Of a stretch of DNA of 64,000 nt, positions 1-10,260 are shown piece by piece. Every line of letters starts with the position of its first letter. The first letter of the stretch is position 1. This DNA is from Promethearchaeota archaeon (GTDB lineage Archaea; Asgardarchaeota; Lokiarchaeia; Sigyniarchaeales; SOKP01): the NCBI GenBank assembly GCA_048937405.1, contig JBHLNF010000015.1:661-64660 (forward strand). Reading direction: 5' to 3'. The notes beneath the pieces are model-generated. The model was not told the DNA's origin. It ran no database searches and saw only the letters and a program-made list of their open reading frames with translations. Both the position numbers and the translations under genes were made by a program.

Positions 1-146
1 CCTCGAATTCCAATTTTCATTAATCTATTGACAGTGTTATTCCCAGCACCACCACATCCTATTATTTTAATATTAGCATAACCGAAATTTTCCATCTGTG
101 GTCTAATGATTTCTCTCTTACGTGCGTTCTTGATAAATGATTCCAT
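1..146 (-). CDS. ftsZ: FtsZ (tubulin-family division GTPase). Only the N-terminal 48 codons are present; the gene runs off the left edge.
   Basis: My translation of the minus strand from ATG at 146..144 gives MESFIKNARKREIIRPQMENFGYANIKIIGCGGAGNNTVNRLMKIGIRG. IKIIGCGGAGNNTVNRL is the FtsZ N-terminal nucleotide-binding signature. It is absent from the ORF track because it is truncated. Confidence 0.8.
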   Translation of the reverse strand, partial: MESFIKNARKREIIRPQMENFGYANIKIIGCGGAGNNTVNRLMKIGIR

Positions 147-252
147 ATCTATCAAATTTTAATATATTCTGCTAAAAGAATCATAATTAAAAAATTAGAA
201 TTAATGTAATATCGAAGTATTACAACCTAACAGTCATTAATTCAATTTGAAT

Positions 253-1473
253 TCAATTTAATGAAAAATCTCCATTGAGCCTAGGATCAAAGATTATAGT
301 ATAGCTATCGTTGCTAACAAGAAGAATTTTTGGTAATAAATACGGAAATCTGTTTGAAAATGTAAGACAATATGCTCCTGTATTTGTTATTAATACTTTA
401 TCTCCCTTAACTAAATTTTCAGTAAAAAAGAAATCTTTAGCTAAAACATCCTGATCAGTTGGTATAATTCCAAAAAATGTTGTTGGTTCGTTATGAGAGA
501 GAGAGATTTGAGATGCATTATAAAACCTTAGAGAACATTTGGCAAATTTAGGACAAATATGATTTCCAATATTTAAAAAAACCTTACGATTTTTAGATAC
601 TTTTATAATATTTGCGATAAAAAAGCCAGCATCTCCAAGAAAGTACCTACCAGGTTCAAAATAAATATTGTTGAATTGTATATTTTGTTTAATAAGGGTT
701 GATTTAATTTCTTGGGCTATTCTTTTTAATTGATTTTTATTCATTACTGTTGCTTCAGGAAATCCTCCTCCTAAATTAATACTTTCAATGTTAATCCCAT
801 TTTTTGACAAATAATTCAAATTTTTAGCTAAATTTTCAACATTCTTTATGAATAGTTCGACATTATTCATTTGAGTGGAATAGTGGGATAAAACAGTTGT
901 TATTTTGATATTATCACATTCTTTGATGATTTTTTTTAAATTTAACAAATTCTGTTTATTAAAATATACTCCTAAATTGCTATTATATTTCCCAGAATTT
1001 ATCCGAATACATATATTTTGTATAGAATTATGTTTTTTAGCAATCGAGTCTACTTCTCTTATATCATTTAAATCATAAATTACAATTTCTTTTACTTGAT
1101 TTTCTAAACATATCTTAATTAATTCTTTTGGTAAATAAGGCCCGCCAACAATGATATTATGAGGGGAAAATTTTAATTTTAGGGCTAATTTTAGCTCTAG
1201 TAATCCGACAACCTCAGCTCCAATATTTTCTGATTGAATAATATTACAAATTTCAGGCAAATAATTTGCTTTAAACGAATATAAGCAACTAAAATTCTCA
1301 AATACAGAATCAAAAATTTCTAAAAACGTCTTAATGTTTTCTCTTATACGATTCTCTAAAAAAACTAATATTGGAGTTCGATTTTTGGTTAATATTTCAT
1401 TTAAGGGAATTAAATCTAATAATATATTATCTTCCTCTTTTTTTAAATATGAATTTCCCGCTATAGTTTTCAT
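253..1473 (-). CDS. PLP-dependent decarboxylase, Orn/DAP/Arg decarboxylase family 2 (alanine-racemase fold)
   Basis: 406 aa with ATG start. YSFKANYLP holds the PLP-lysine motif. INLGGGFP and FEPGRYFLGDAG are typical family motifs. Substrate (diaminopimelate, ornithine or arginine) cannot be assigned by eye. Confidence 0.75.
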   Translation of the reverse strand: MKTIAGNSYLKKEEDNILLDLIPLNEILTKNRTPILVFLENRIRENIKTFLEIFDSVFENFSCLYSFKANYLPEICNIIQSENIGAEVVGLLELKLALKLKFSPHNIIVGGPYLPKELIKICLENQVKEIVIYDLNDIREVDSIAKKHNSIQNICIRINSGKYNSNLGVYFNKQNLLNLKKIIKECDNIKITTVLSHYSTQMNNVELFIKNVENLAKNLNYLSKNGINIESINLGGGFPEATVMNKNQLKRIAQEIKSTLIKQNIQFNNIYFEPGRYFLGDAGFFIANIIKVSKNRKVFLNIGNHICPKFAKCSLRFYNASQISLSHNEPTTFFGIIPTDQDVLAKDFFFTENLVKGDKVLITNTGAYCLTFSNRFPYLLPKILLVSNDSYTIIFDPRLNGDFSLN

Positions 1474-1614
1474 AATTATATCAAAGTTATTTATTAGTTA
1501 AATTTTAACTTTAAACTATTTTCTAAAAGGAGAGGTTTTCTTGAGTAAACTTGACATATAATTAATTAATTTTATTAATTAGATAATCCCTAATTTCAAA
1601 CTAACTAACAATTA

Positions 1615-3024
1615 TTAAATTCTTTTTTCTGCTTTTTTCATTTTTTTTTGAATTAATGAATATAAATTTGTAATAAAATCTTTTAAATCATCAGATTCAA
1701 TACAAATTCCTAATTTTGTTGTTAATAAGGGGGGGATATCATTTTCATTTTCAAAAATTGGAATAATTTTCTTTTTCATTTTATGAGCAGCCATCCATTC
1801 AGTTCTTACTGCTTCTGATTTATTAGCATTTTCAGAACAAAAAACTAATACAACATCTGCTAATGCTAAATTATCATTCATATAAACATAGATATCATCA
1901 TCCATGTATTCCTCCCAATATAATACGGCTCCAATTTCTGGATAAGAGCGACTTAATAATTTTGCAATTTTCGGTATTTGAAATTTTTCAGAATCTAAAG
2001 TGGCATAACTTATGAATACAGTTAACTTTTTTTGAGGTTTAGCTTTTATTTTATTATGTTCTTCTTTAGAATTCAATGCGGATGATATATCCATGTATTC
2101 TTCAAGAAAATCCCAAACTCTTATTATTCCATTAAAATCACCTGAAACAACAAGATGAGAATTTGGTATAAATTTTACACATTGAACATAAGTATCATGT
2201 GGAAATGGTCCATATTTATATCCATCATTAAAATTCCAGACAATTAATGATTTATCACCAGATCCAGAGGCAATATATTGTCTATCATCCGATAAAGCTA
2301 CAGAATTAATTGATCCTTTATGTCCTTCAAAAGTATTTATTAACTCTTTAGATTCTAAATTCCAAATTTTTATCAATTTATCATATGATCCAGAAACTAA
2401 ATAATCCCCTTTTGACCCTATCGCAATCGATCTAATTGGAAAATTATGCCCTTCAAGAGAAAATGCTGGTTCTTTAGTACCCCATTTCCAAATTTTAATA
2501 CTTTTTTCTCCACTTGTTGCTATAAATTTACCGTCTGGAGTGATATCGACTGAATTAATACTATATTCATGACCTTCTAGTGATCTTAGTAATTTTTTAT
2601 TGAACCAATTCCATATTTTTGCTGTTTTATCTTCTGAAATACTTATTATATATTTATCATTCGGAGTAATTAGGGTTCCGAAAATTGCCCCTTTATGTCC
2701 GGTAAAGTTTCTCAGTAAATTTCCTGTTTCTAATTTCCATAGTTTTACTGTTTTATCTTCAGAACCAGTTACTATTCTGCTTCCATCAGAACTAATGTTT
2801 ACTGAGGTTACTTCTAGTTCATGACCTTCTAATATCTGAAATGAATTTCCGGATTCGAGCTCCCAAACTTTTACTGTTTTGTCTGCTGATCCAGTTATAA
2901 TGTATTTCCTATCAGGTGATATTGATAGTGAATAGATTGCATAATCATGAGGTTTAAATTCTTTCAATAAACCTTTGATTCTTGGTGTATCCTCATCTGA
3001 AATACTATAATTAAGTTGCTCCAT
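1615..3024 (-). CDS. WD40-repeat protein (about 7 blades) with a C-terminal TIR-like domain
   Basis: Repeated GH...x...D.T.K(I/V/L)W units, e.g. TGSADKTVKVWEL, TGSEDKTVKLWKL, SISEDKTAKIWNW, SGSYDKLIKIWNL, SGSGDKSLIVWNF, GDFNGIIRVWDF. The C-terminal ~135 aa read KKLTVFISYATLDSEKF...ADVVLVFCSENANKSEAVRTEWMAA...IIPIF. This fits the TIR_2 pattern: FISY start, a hydrophobic strand + S, then S-x-W/V-x2-E. Confidence 0.7.
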   Translation of the reverse strand: MEQLNYSISDEDTPRIKGLLKEFKPHDYAIYSLSISPDRKYIITGSADKTVKVWELESGNSFQILEGHELEVTSVNISSDGSRIVTGSEDKTVKLWKLETGNLLRNFTGHKGAIFGTLITPNDKYIISISEDKTAKIWNWFNKKLLRSLEGHEYSINSVDITPDGKFIATSGEKSIKIWKWGTKEPAFSLEGHNFPIRSIAIGSKGDYLVSGSYDKLIKIWNLESKELINTFEGHKGSINSVALSDDRQYIASGSGDKSLIVWNFNDGYKYGPFPHDTYVQCVKFIPNSHLVVSGDFNGIIRVWDFLEEYMDISSALNSKEEHNKIKAKPQKKLTVFISYATLDSEKFQIPKIAKLLSRSYPEIGAVLYWEEYMDDDIYVYMNDNLALADVVLVFCSENANKSEAVRTEWMAAHKMKKKIIPIFENENDIPPLLTTKLGICIESDDLKDFITNLYSLIQKKMKKAEKRI

Positions 3025-3047
3025 TTTAAATTCTATTTTGTATTTAT

Positions 3048-4631
3048 TTAAAAATTATATCTTTTTTGTGTTTCAGGTAAAATTATCTTTCCTGATAATC
3101 CAAACTCTTCGAACGTTTCCGGATGTTCTGTATGGATTGGAATTATATTATCAGCGTCAATTTTTTGAAGCGCATCTATTAAATCATCCACATTACAGTG
3201 TCCTGAAGAATGAATCGTTTCAGTTTTCAAAATTCCAAATCTTTCTAACCATGCGTTTAATTTTTCTTCTTGTAAAGTCATTTCTTCCGTAAATGGGTCT
3301 GTTGTAGAATTTATATATATAACCGTATTAGGATCTTGATTTAAATCGATTAATTGCCCCAGCATATAGTAATCTAAGTATATAAGATATCTATCAGGGT
3401 CCATTTGTATATCTTTATAAGTAATATAATCAAAATTTTCAAAAATTATTTTTTCATAAGTTTTATAATCTTGTGTTTCATATTTACCCCAACCTTTACG
3501 TGGTAAATATATTTTAAAATATTCATCATCAAACTTTGGAAAATTATAATCAGAGTAAAATTCCTGAATTACTTTTTCTTCCATATTATCAAGTCTTGAT
3601 CTAAAACTATCAATTAAAAGGAAGTTTTTAGGGGTTATTGTAAAAATTCGATCATATTTTCTAGCTAAATCATAATAGAGTAGAATTCTATCTAGATTTC
3701 TTGTTGGAAAATTAACAATTAACAGACCAGGATGCCTACGAATGAGATCTCTAGAACGCATTTCGACATCTTGTTCTGTTTGATCATTACTTCTATATAC
3801 CCCACTACGAAACTCTTCTACAGAAGGAACTCTGGTTCCTTCGGTGATTATTGATATAGGATTAGAGTTATGAGCGTATTCTATAAATTTATTGATCCAT
3901 TCACTATGAAATCCATGTCTTCTAAAATCTCCTGTATATATGATGCTCCTTCCGTTATTTTCTATAATATAAGCACATGCTCCAGGTATGGAATGATCGA
4001 CAGTATATTGAGTTATATTTATATTACCATTAGAAGTTTTGAAAGTATATGGTTTTTCAGTGTCCATAATCTTTATGTTTCTTTTTATTTCCTTGTGGGT
4101 ATAATCATTCTTATTAGCCCGTTTGTATTCAATCTCTCCTTCCTTTTTTTGCCTTTTTTTTGGAACAAGTTTAAATATCTCATAAAAGTTTAAAATTTCT
4201 GGAATTAAATAATCATTAGTGGTATTTGATAAATATTCTAGAATTGAATTTGTTATCCAATTCATATAAATAGGAACATGTTGTTTAAGAAATCCTAAGA
4301 ACTTATAGTGATCTATATGAGCATGTGATAAAAAAGCCGCTTCAATTATGCTACTATCAGAATTCACAATTTTATATGGTTCTTTTTTTAAGAGATCTTC
4401 AAATGGAGCGACTAAATCTTTTCTATAGAGTCCACTTATAGGAGGAATTAATCCTAAATATAAGTAATCGATGATTCCATTAAACCTACGTGGACTAAGG
4501 AATTCTGAAAAATATTGATTACTTTCATTGAAGGACAGACCAAAATCAAAGAGAAATTTTTTATTCCCTACAGTAATAAAGATCTTATTTCCCCCAATTT
4601 CACTCACTCCACCAAATATTTCAATTTCCAT
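3048..4631 (-). CDS. Metallo-beta-lactamase / beta-CASP ribonuclease (RNase J-like)
   Basis: 527 aa. N-terminus GGVSEIGGNKIFI. HxHxDH motif in FLSHAHIDHYKF. YTGDFRRHG resembles beta-CASP motif. HSSGHCNVDDL is the C-terminal His motif. Confidence 0.7.
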   Translation of the reverse strand: MEIEIFGGVSEIGGNKIFITVGNKKFLFDFGLSFNESNQYFSEFLSPRRFNGIIDYLYLGLIPPISGLYRKDLVAPFEDLLKKEPYKIVNSDSSIIEAAFLSHAHIDHYKFLGFLKQHVPIYMNWITNSILEYLSNTTNDYLIPEILNFYEIFKLVPKKRQKKEGEIEYKRANKNDYTHKEIKRNIKIMDTEKPYTFKTSNGNINITQYTVDHSIPGACAYIIENNGRSIIYTGDFRRHGFHSEWINKFIEYAHNSNPISIITEGTRVPSVEEFRSGVYRSNDQTEQDVEMRSRDLIRRHPGLLIVNFPTRNLDRILLYYDLARKYDRIFTITPKNFLLIDSFRSRLDNMEEKVIQEFYSDYNFPKFDDEYFKIYLPRKGWGKYETQDYKTYEKIIFENFDYITYKDIQMDPDRYLIYLDYYMLGQLIDLNQDPNTVIYINSTTDPFTEEMTLQEEKLNAWLERFGILKTETIHSSGHCNVDDLIDALQKIDADNIIPIHTEHPETFEEFGLSGKIILPETQKRYNF

Positions 4632-4843
4632 AATAAAATCATTCTTAGAGAACTAGATTTCATTCATGCTATATCTAATATTCTATTATATAAATTTAAT
4701 AAAATTTTGGAAACAATAACTATAATGAATATAGAGTATTATTTTGCTGAATCTTAATTTTTTATTATGAACATAAATTATTTCCAAATTATATAATAAG
4801 AATCTGATTTATTTAATAGAAAAAGAATTCCAGAAATACTTTT

Positions 4844-6151
4844 CTATACAACATTATCTTTATTTATTAAAGCTTGGTAGGTATAATGTGTTTCTTCAGC
4901 AACATCTTCCCAGGTGTAATTTCGAGAGACTTTTAATTTCCCAGCTAAGCCTAATTTTTTACTTAGACGCTTATTTTTTAGAAGAGTTATTACTTTATTT
5001 GCAATATCTTCCGGATTATCAAATTCAACTAAGAATCCATCAATATTTTCTCTAATTACTTCTGGAGTTGCTCCGATTCTAGCGCCGATAACTGGTTTTC
5101 CCGCAGACCAAGCTTCAAGAAATGCTATTCCAAAAGCATCACTTCTACTTGGCATTAAATAAAGATCTGACTCTTGAAATGCTGATATTTTTTTTTTATC
5201 AAAATACCCTGTCATATTATCAGGAGTGAAATTTATAATTCTTACATTTCTAAGTTTTTGAATTTTCGATAATTCTTGATTGAAAGCTATTGTTGAAGGA
5301 CCAATGAATACAAAATAAGCCTTTTTTATTGTTTTAATTATATAAGGGATTGATTTTAGAATTGATAGAGCACCTTTTTCATAATTTTTATACCCACAAA
5401 ATAGTATAAGTTTGTATTTCTTCTCACCCTTTTTAAAAAAATGTTGTTTTAATGAATAATTAGAGAATGCTTTTTTTTCCTTATTATCGATTCTGTTGTA
5501 ATCAACACCCATTGGAATAACTTTTATTTTCTCTGATTGAATTTTGCATTTCTGGGTAAGAAACTCTCTCTCAAGATTTGTGCAAGCAATTAATAAATCA
5601 AATTTTTTTAGGAGATTTATTGACTTTAAATCCGTATAACGAGGATTTGAAAAATGAAAAAAGGGTGTACAAACTGTTGGTTTTTTAATAAAATATCCAA
5701 CAATTAAACTGATAACACAATTAAAATAAGGAAAATAAGTGGTGTGGATTAGATCGTATTCTTTTTCCTGTTTTTTTAATAGTTCATCTAATAAATCACC
5801 CAAATAAGGTCCATTTTTTAATATATCTTTTATAGTATCATCATGGAGATTTAATTCTTTATAGGCTGGAATCAATTTTAATTTTTTTAGGATCTCATCA
5901 TTAGAGATATTATAATTTACTTTGAATCTATGTATCTTCAAATTATTTACTTCATTGAAATATTTATTATCTTGAGTTATTGTTTTACCAGACATATCTC
6001 TTAAAGCTTTAAAATCAAGAGCATTAGAAGTGTATATCTCTATATTATAGTTCTTTTTTGTGGTTAATAGCTCCGCCACCCGTTGAAAATAGAATTCTGC
6101 TCCGGAAATAGAAGGAAAATATCTAGTTGGGAGATATAAAATATTATTCAA
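4844..6151 (-). CDS. Glycosyltransferase, GT-B fold (GT4 family-like)
   Basis: 435 aa. C-terminal MPSRSDAFGIAFLEAWSAGKPVIGARIGATPEVIRENIDGFLVEF is the classic GT4/GT1 E-x7-E nucleotide-sugar binding region. Confidence 0.75.
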   Translation of the reverse strand: MNNILYLPTRYFPSISGAEFYFQRVAELLTTKKNYNIEIYTSNALDFKALRDMSGKTITQDNKYFNEVNNLKIHRFKVNYNISNDEILKKLKLIPAYKELNLHDDTIKDILKNGPYLGDLLDELLKKQEKEYDLIHTTYFPYFNCVISLIVGYFIKKPTVCTPFFHFSNPRYTDLKSINLLKKFDLLIACTNLEREFLTQKCKIQSEKIKVIPMGVDYNRIDNKEKKAFSNYSLKQHFFKKGEKKYKLILFCGYKNYEKGALSILKSIPYIIKTIKKAYFVFIGPSTIAFNQELSKIQKLRNVRIINFTPDNMTGYFDKKKISAFQESDLYLMPSRSDAFGIAFLEAWSAGKPVIGARIGATPEVIRENIDGFLVEFDNPEDIANKVITLLKNKRLSKKLGLAGKLKVSRNYTWEDVAEETHYTYQALINKDNVV

Positions 6152-6196
6152 AGAGTTTATAATCCGTTTATTTATATGTTATAATTTACTAATTTT

Positions 6197-6388
6197 TCAT
6201 TTTTTTTGTTTTTTCCTTTTTACTTCGGTTTCTATAATTTTCGTAATTTTATCTCTAATCTCATCTTTATTATTCTCATATACCGTTTTAGCTATCCGGA
6301 ATGATATAACCTTACTTTCTTCATCTCCAAATTTCTTTTTTCGATGTCCACGTTTTTCTAATTTTTTACTATTTCTATGCTCTGACAT
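6197..6388 (-). CDS. Small, very basic hypothetical protein (possible ribbon-helix-helix)
   Basis: 63 aa, K/R-rich at both ends. Its start abuts the upstream gene's stop (6388/6390), suggesting co-transcription. No recognisable family. Confidence 0.35.
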   Translation of the reverse strand: MSEHRNSKKLEKRGHRKKKFGDEESKVISFRIAKTVYENNKDEIRDKITKIIETEVKRKKQKK

Positions 6389-6389
6389 T

Positions 6390-6896
6390 TTAAATTCTCT
6401 TTTTTATTTCAAATTTTTTTGTCTTGGGTTTTATAGAAAAAAGTATGCATTTATCACATAAGAGTAAATTTCCCATTTCACATTTAAAACATTCTTCTAA
6501 ATTTGTATTCTTTTTTGATATAATACACATAAATTCGGTCTTAAATGTCTTTTTTACACATTTATACACGAGAAAGTCTCGTATTTCACTTAGATCATTT
6601 TCGAAATCTGTTTCAAATCCTTGTTCTATTGCTATTTTTTTTTCTTGTTCAATAGCGCAAATTGGTTTTTTAAGAAATTCTTCAAATTTTGCATTATTTT
6701 TATTCTCGAAATAATGTTGTAATGTTTCTAAAAAACATTTATAATGTTGAAAATGGAAAAACAATAGAGTAGGTGGTACTGTGAGGACTTCTAAAATTAT
6801 ATGGATTTTGTTGAATTCAACAAATTCATTGCATATCGAACATATACGTTTTTTATTTTTGGTTTCAAAAATTCTCAGCATTGCTAATTTTTTCAT
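6390..6896 (-). CDS. Cys-rich hypothetical protein
   Basis: 168 aa. CSICNEF near the N-terminus and CFKCEMGNLLLCDKC near the C-terminus suggest zinc binding. No family recognised. Confidence 0.4.
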   Translation of the reverse strand: MKKLAMLRIFETKNKKRICSICNEFVEFNKIHIILEVLTVPPTLLFFHFQHYKCFLETLQHYFENKNNAKFEEFLKKPICAIEQEKKIAIEQGFETDFENDLSEIRDFLVYKCVKKTFKTEFMCIISKKNTNLEECFKCEMGNLLLCDKCILFSIKPKTKKFEIKKRI

Positions 6897-7011
6897 TCGT
6901 ATTACAAATCATTATTTTTTCAAATATTAAAAGTCCTAAAAATCTCAAGTTGGATACAAATATTTTTTTTGATATGGAGTATAATATATTTAAGAATTTT
7001 CAACAGATATT

Positions 7012-7404
7012 ATGTCAAAAGATTTATTAAATCAAGTTTTTTTAAAGGCAAGAGATAAGCAATTAATTGATGAAGAATTTATTTCCTTTTTAGAGACTAT
7101 TTTTCCGGGAAGATCTACAAATGTAATTAAAGTTTTAAAAAAAGGTATTACAAAATATATCTTTATGCCTTCGAATAGAACCTTATGGGCTGCGAAAGGT
7201 GAAAACCAAGAACATTTGATTTATCCAAAATTATTTTGTTCATGTCAAGATTTCTACAAAAATGTTGTTATAAAGAGAAATCATAATTTTTGTAAACATC
7301 TATTAGCTCAGATAATTAGTGAAGCTTTGAATAAATTTAGAACCATAAACCTAGAAGATAGCAAATTTAAAGAGTTCATCCAAGATTTAAAACTGAAAAT
7401 TTAA
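7012..7404 (+). CDS. SWIM zinc-finger protein
   Basis: 130 aa. CSCQDFYKNVVIKRNHNFCKHLLA matches the SWIM CxC-x(n)-CxH signature. Confidence 0.6.
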   Translation: MSKDLLNQVFLKARDKQLIDEEFISFLETIFPGRSTNVIKVLKKGITKYIFMPSNRTLWAAKGENQEHLIYPKLFCSCQDFYKNVVIKRNHNFCKHLLAQIISEALNKFRTINLEDSKFKEFIQDLKLKI

Positions 7405-7418
7405 AAATCTTTTTATAA

Positions 7419-8024
7419 TTATTTAACTGAAATATTCTCTCTATCCCAATCTTTTAAATATTTATTAAATTCTTCCAAACTTATTTGATGGGGGATATTT
7501 ATTTTTTTTAATGTCTCTAACTTCCTTATTTTAAAAATTAGTCGTTTATTTTTTCTAAAAAAATTTTCCGCTTTTGGATACTCCTCTTTAAAAATTTCTT
7601 TCAATTGGTCTATTTCTATTTTCTTTAACTTATCATAATGGTGAATAACAAAATTACAGAGAGGATCAATTGAAATCTCAAAATTAAAAGCATCAATACG
7701 TTTTAAGGCAAGAGGATATGCCTGACATGCTAATGGTTTATTATCATGGACAGTACATCCAAAGGAAGAATTATAAAAAGGACACCCCTGATTTTCATTA
7801 TCTAATCTTATTCGATAAGTAATAATCAAAATTTTTTTATTTTTAATATCAGGAAATACAAGATCTTCAATAATTTTAAATTCAATACCACGTTCTTTTG
7901 CTATCTCGATTAGTCTATCAGCTTCTTCTGGATATATTGGGATTCTTTTTACATATCCATATTCATTATTTTCTACCTGATGACAACATGTACCACACAT
8001 TTTACATATATATTTTAGGGTCAT
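7419..8024 (-). CDS. YkgJ/UPF0153-family cysteine-cluster protein
   Basis: 201 aa. N-terminal CKMCGTCCH is the CxxCxxCC motif. A second Cys group (GCPFYNSSFGCTVH...ACQAYP) is typical of the family. Confidence 0.6.
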   Translation of the reverse strand: MTLKYICKMCGTCCHQVENNEYGYVKRIPIYPEEADRLIEIAKERGIEFKIIEDLVFPDIKNKKILIITYRIRLDNENQGCPFYNSSFGCTVHDNKPLACQAYPLALKRIDAFNFEISIDPLCNFVIHHYDKLKKIEIDQLKEIFKEEYPKAENFFRKNKRLIFKIRKLETLKKINIPHQISLEEFNKYLKDWDRENISVK

Positions 8025-8203
8025 CTTATGATCTTATAATTAGTGTTAAGGATTATAAGAGTATGGATTAAATTTAATTTTCTGGTATTATGTTTATATT
8101 ACTTTTACAATAAATCTTGTGTCTACTAGGATAATACATCGTTTTTAAACTGATAAAAACACCCTATTCTTATGCATGTTTATCAATAAATAAGGTTTAA
8201 GTT

Positions 8204-9013
8204 ATGGAAGGAATAAGAATTATAAAAAATGCAAATTTGGAGGAAAAAGATTTTATAAGACCTATTTGTATAATAGGAATGCCAGGGATAGCTGATGTTG
8301 GGAAATTTGCTTTGGATTCTCTTATTGGTCAATTAGGTGCTCAAAATTTAATAGATATTATTTTTGATGATTACCCTGCCGGAGCTATCGTAGATGATAG
8401 TCTCTTAACTGCTCCTAAAGCTGAAATCTTATATTGGAAGGATCCAAATGAACTACGAGATATACTATTAATTACTGCTGATGCCCAGAGTCTTTCACCG
8501 AAAGGGATTTACAAGATATCTAATTTCCTGACTGAAAAAATTCATCAATATGGCATAAAACTAATCATAGCTTTAGGGGCTTATCCTGTAAACACTAGAA
8601 AACTCTCCTCAAAGCTTCCTAAAATCTATCTTAGCTCAACTAATCGAGAGTTATTAGAACATTACTTAGTAGAAAATAATTGTGAGAAGATTCAGAAAGG
8701 AGTAATAATCGGAGCAAATGGTTTAATTCCAACATTAGCAAAAGCAAGGTTTAATATTGATGGTCTGGTTTTTCTCGCAGAAACAGACAATATTGCCATG
8801 ATTAATGAAGATATTACCGATCTTAAAGCTTCAATTACTCTTTTAGAAATGCTTAAAAAATCCTTTACCTTGCCAATAAAGAAGAAATATTCACTGGAGA
8901 GTATTGAAGACCTTACAAAAAATCTACAAATTAAAAGAGATCAACTAGAAAAAGATCTTGATACAATCCAGCTTGTTGATACTGATGATAAACGAAAATC
9001 ATTATATATCTGA
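8204..9013 (+). CDS. PAC2-family protein (proteasome assembly chaperone 2-like)
   Basis: 269 aa. ICIIGMPGIADVGKFALDSLI resembles the PAC2 N-terminal motif. Length and the coiled C-terminal tail fit the archaeal PAC2 family. Confidence 0.6.
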   Translation: MEGIRIIKNANLEEKDFIRPICIIGMPGIADVGKFALDSLIGQLGAQNLIDIIFDDYPAGAIVDDSLLTAPKAEILYWKDPNELRDILLITADAQSLSPKGIYKISNFLTEKIHQYGIKLIIALGAYPVNTRKLSSKLPKIYLSSTNRELLEHYLVENNCEKIQKGVIIGANGLIPTLAKARFNIDGLVFLAETDNIAMINEDITDLKASITLLEMLKKSFTLPIKKKYSLESIEDLTKNLQIKRDQLEKDLDTIQLVDTDDKRKSLYI

Positions 9014-9112
9014 GTTTCACTAATTTTTACCAAATTATTCTCACTTATAGATTAGCATAACTAAATAGAATCAAACAAAAAGTATTTTAATTATGGGGAA
9101 TTTAGAAGATAT

Positions 9113-9262
9113 ATGAGATATGTCTGTGCCAGGAAAAGCTGTGGAAAGGAAGTTAGCAAAAAAGAATTAAGTGCGCTTCCAGGTATTAAATGTTCTCACT
9201 GTGGATTTCGGATTTTATACAAAAAGCGTCCAGATGTTATAAAACGAATTAAGGTTCGCTAA
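9113..9262 (+). CDS. rpoP: DNA-directed RNA polymerase subunit P (Rpo12/RPABC4)
   Basis: My translation gives MRYVCARKSCGKEVSKKELSALPGIKCSHCGFRILYKKRPDVIKRIKVR (49 aa). It shows a C-x3-C...C-x2-C zinc ribbon followed by GFRILYK(K/E)RP, which is characteristic of RpoP. Too short for the supplied track. Confidence 0.7.
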   Translation: MRYVCARKSCGKEVSKKELSALPGIKCSHCGFRILYKKRPDVIKRIKVR

Positions 9263-9330
9263 TTCTTATTCCCCTTTGTAAAAATACATAAATCAAAAGT
9301 TTTTTTAAAATTAAAAGAAGGATATGTTCT

Positions 9331-10260
9331 CTATATTTTTATTTCGAATTTTAAATGATTAACTAATTCTTTATATCGATTACGAATTGTTGCTTCTGTA
9401 ACTCCCGCCGCCATTGAGATTTCTTTTTGTGTACGACGTTCTCCTTCTTGTATTGCTGCAACATATAAAGCTGCGCCTGCTAAACCTGTTGGTGCCTTTC
9501 CTGCAGTAATGCGATGTTTTTTAGCTAGGTTTAGTATTGAAGCAGCTCTATTTTGTGTTTTACCAGAAAGTTTTAATTCTGCACAAAATCGAGGAATAAA
9601 ATTTATGGGGGATGATACTTTTATGTTTAAATTTAGCTCATTTAGAATTAACCTATAACAACGTGCCACTTTTTTTTTATCAACCGAAGCAAATTCTATA
9701 AAGTCGTCTAATGTTTTTGGTATAGTATTTAATCTACAAGATAAATAAATTGAGGCAATTAACATTGCTTCAATAGATCTACCTCTAATTAAATTCTTAT
9801 TAGCCATTTTTCTATATATATGGGCTGCTGATTCTTTCAAATCTTTAGAAAGGTTTAGTTGAGAAGAAAATCTGTCTAATTCATTCATAGCATAAGCCAA
9901 ATTTCTATCAATAGATTTGTTAGTACGTGTCCTTACATGCCATTTCCTTAAACGATAAACTTCAGCTTTCATTTTAGGGCTTATTGTCTTTCCAAAGGCA
10001 TCTTTATTCTTCCAACCAATCATTGTACTCAAACCTTTATCATGAAGTGTAAGTGTTGTAGGCGCTCCCACTCTTACTTTTTTATTTGCTTCTTCTGAGG
10101 TAAAGGCACGCCATTCTGGTCCTGAATCTATAATTCTTTGACTTAAAACTAAACCACATAAATTACAAATGATCTCACCACGTGATTGATCAGAGATCAA
10201 TTCTTTGTTACCACATTCTGGGCATAAATTGAAATTTTTTTGAGACAATGAAAGATCCAA
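9331..10260 (-). CDS. tfb: Transcription initiation factor B (TFIIB homolog)
   Basis: 309 aa. Zinc ribbon CPECGNKELISDQSRGEIICNLCGLVL, B-reader/linker GPEWRAF, two cyclin repeats and C-terminal GVTEATIRNRYKEL. The only available start is TTG at 10260; an in-frame TAA lies immediately upstream. Confidence 0.9.
   Translation of the reverse strand: MDLSLSQKNFNLCPECGNKELISDQSRGEIICNLCGLVLSQRIIDSGPEWRAFTSEEANKKVRVGAPTTLTLHDKGLSTMIGWKNKDAFGKTISPKMKAEVYRLRKWHVRTRTNKSIDRNLAYAMNELDRFSSQLNLSKDLKESAAHIYRKMANKNLIRGRSIEAMLIASIYLSCRLNTIPKTLDDFIEFASVDKKKVARCYRLILNELNLNIKVSSPINFIPRFCAELKLSGKTQNRAASILNLAKKHRITAGKAPTGLAGAALYVAAIQEGERRTQKEISMAAGVTEATIRNRYKELVNHLKFEIKI

Noticed and set aside
2600-4757. Plus-strand track ORFs 2600..2824, 3038..3292, 3870..4193 and 4515..4757, which overlap the WD40-TIR and RNase J-like genes
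   Set aside because: They are antisense shadows of long, motif-bearing minus-strand genes. Their translations are low-complexity F/L/I/S strings with no motifs.
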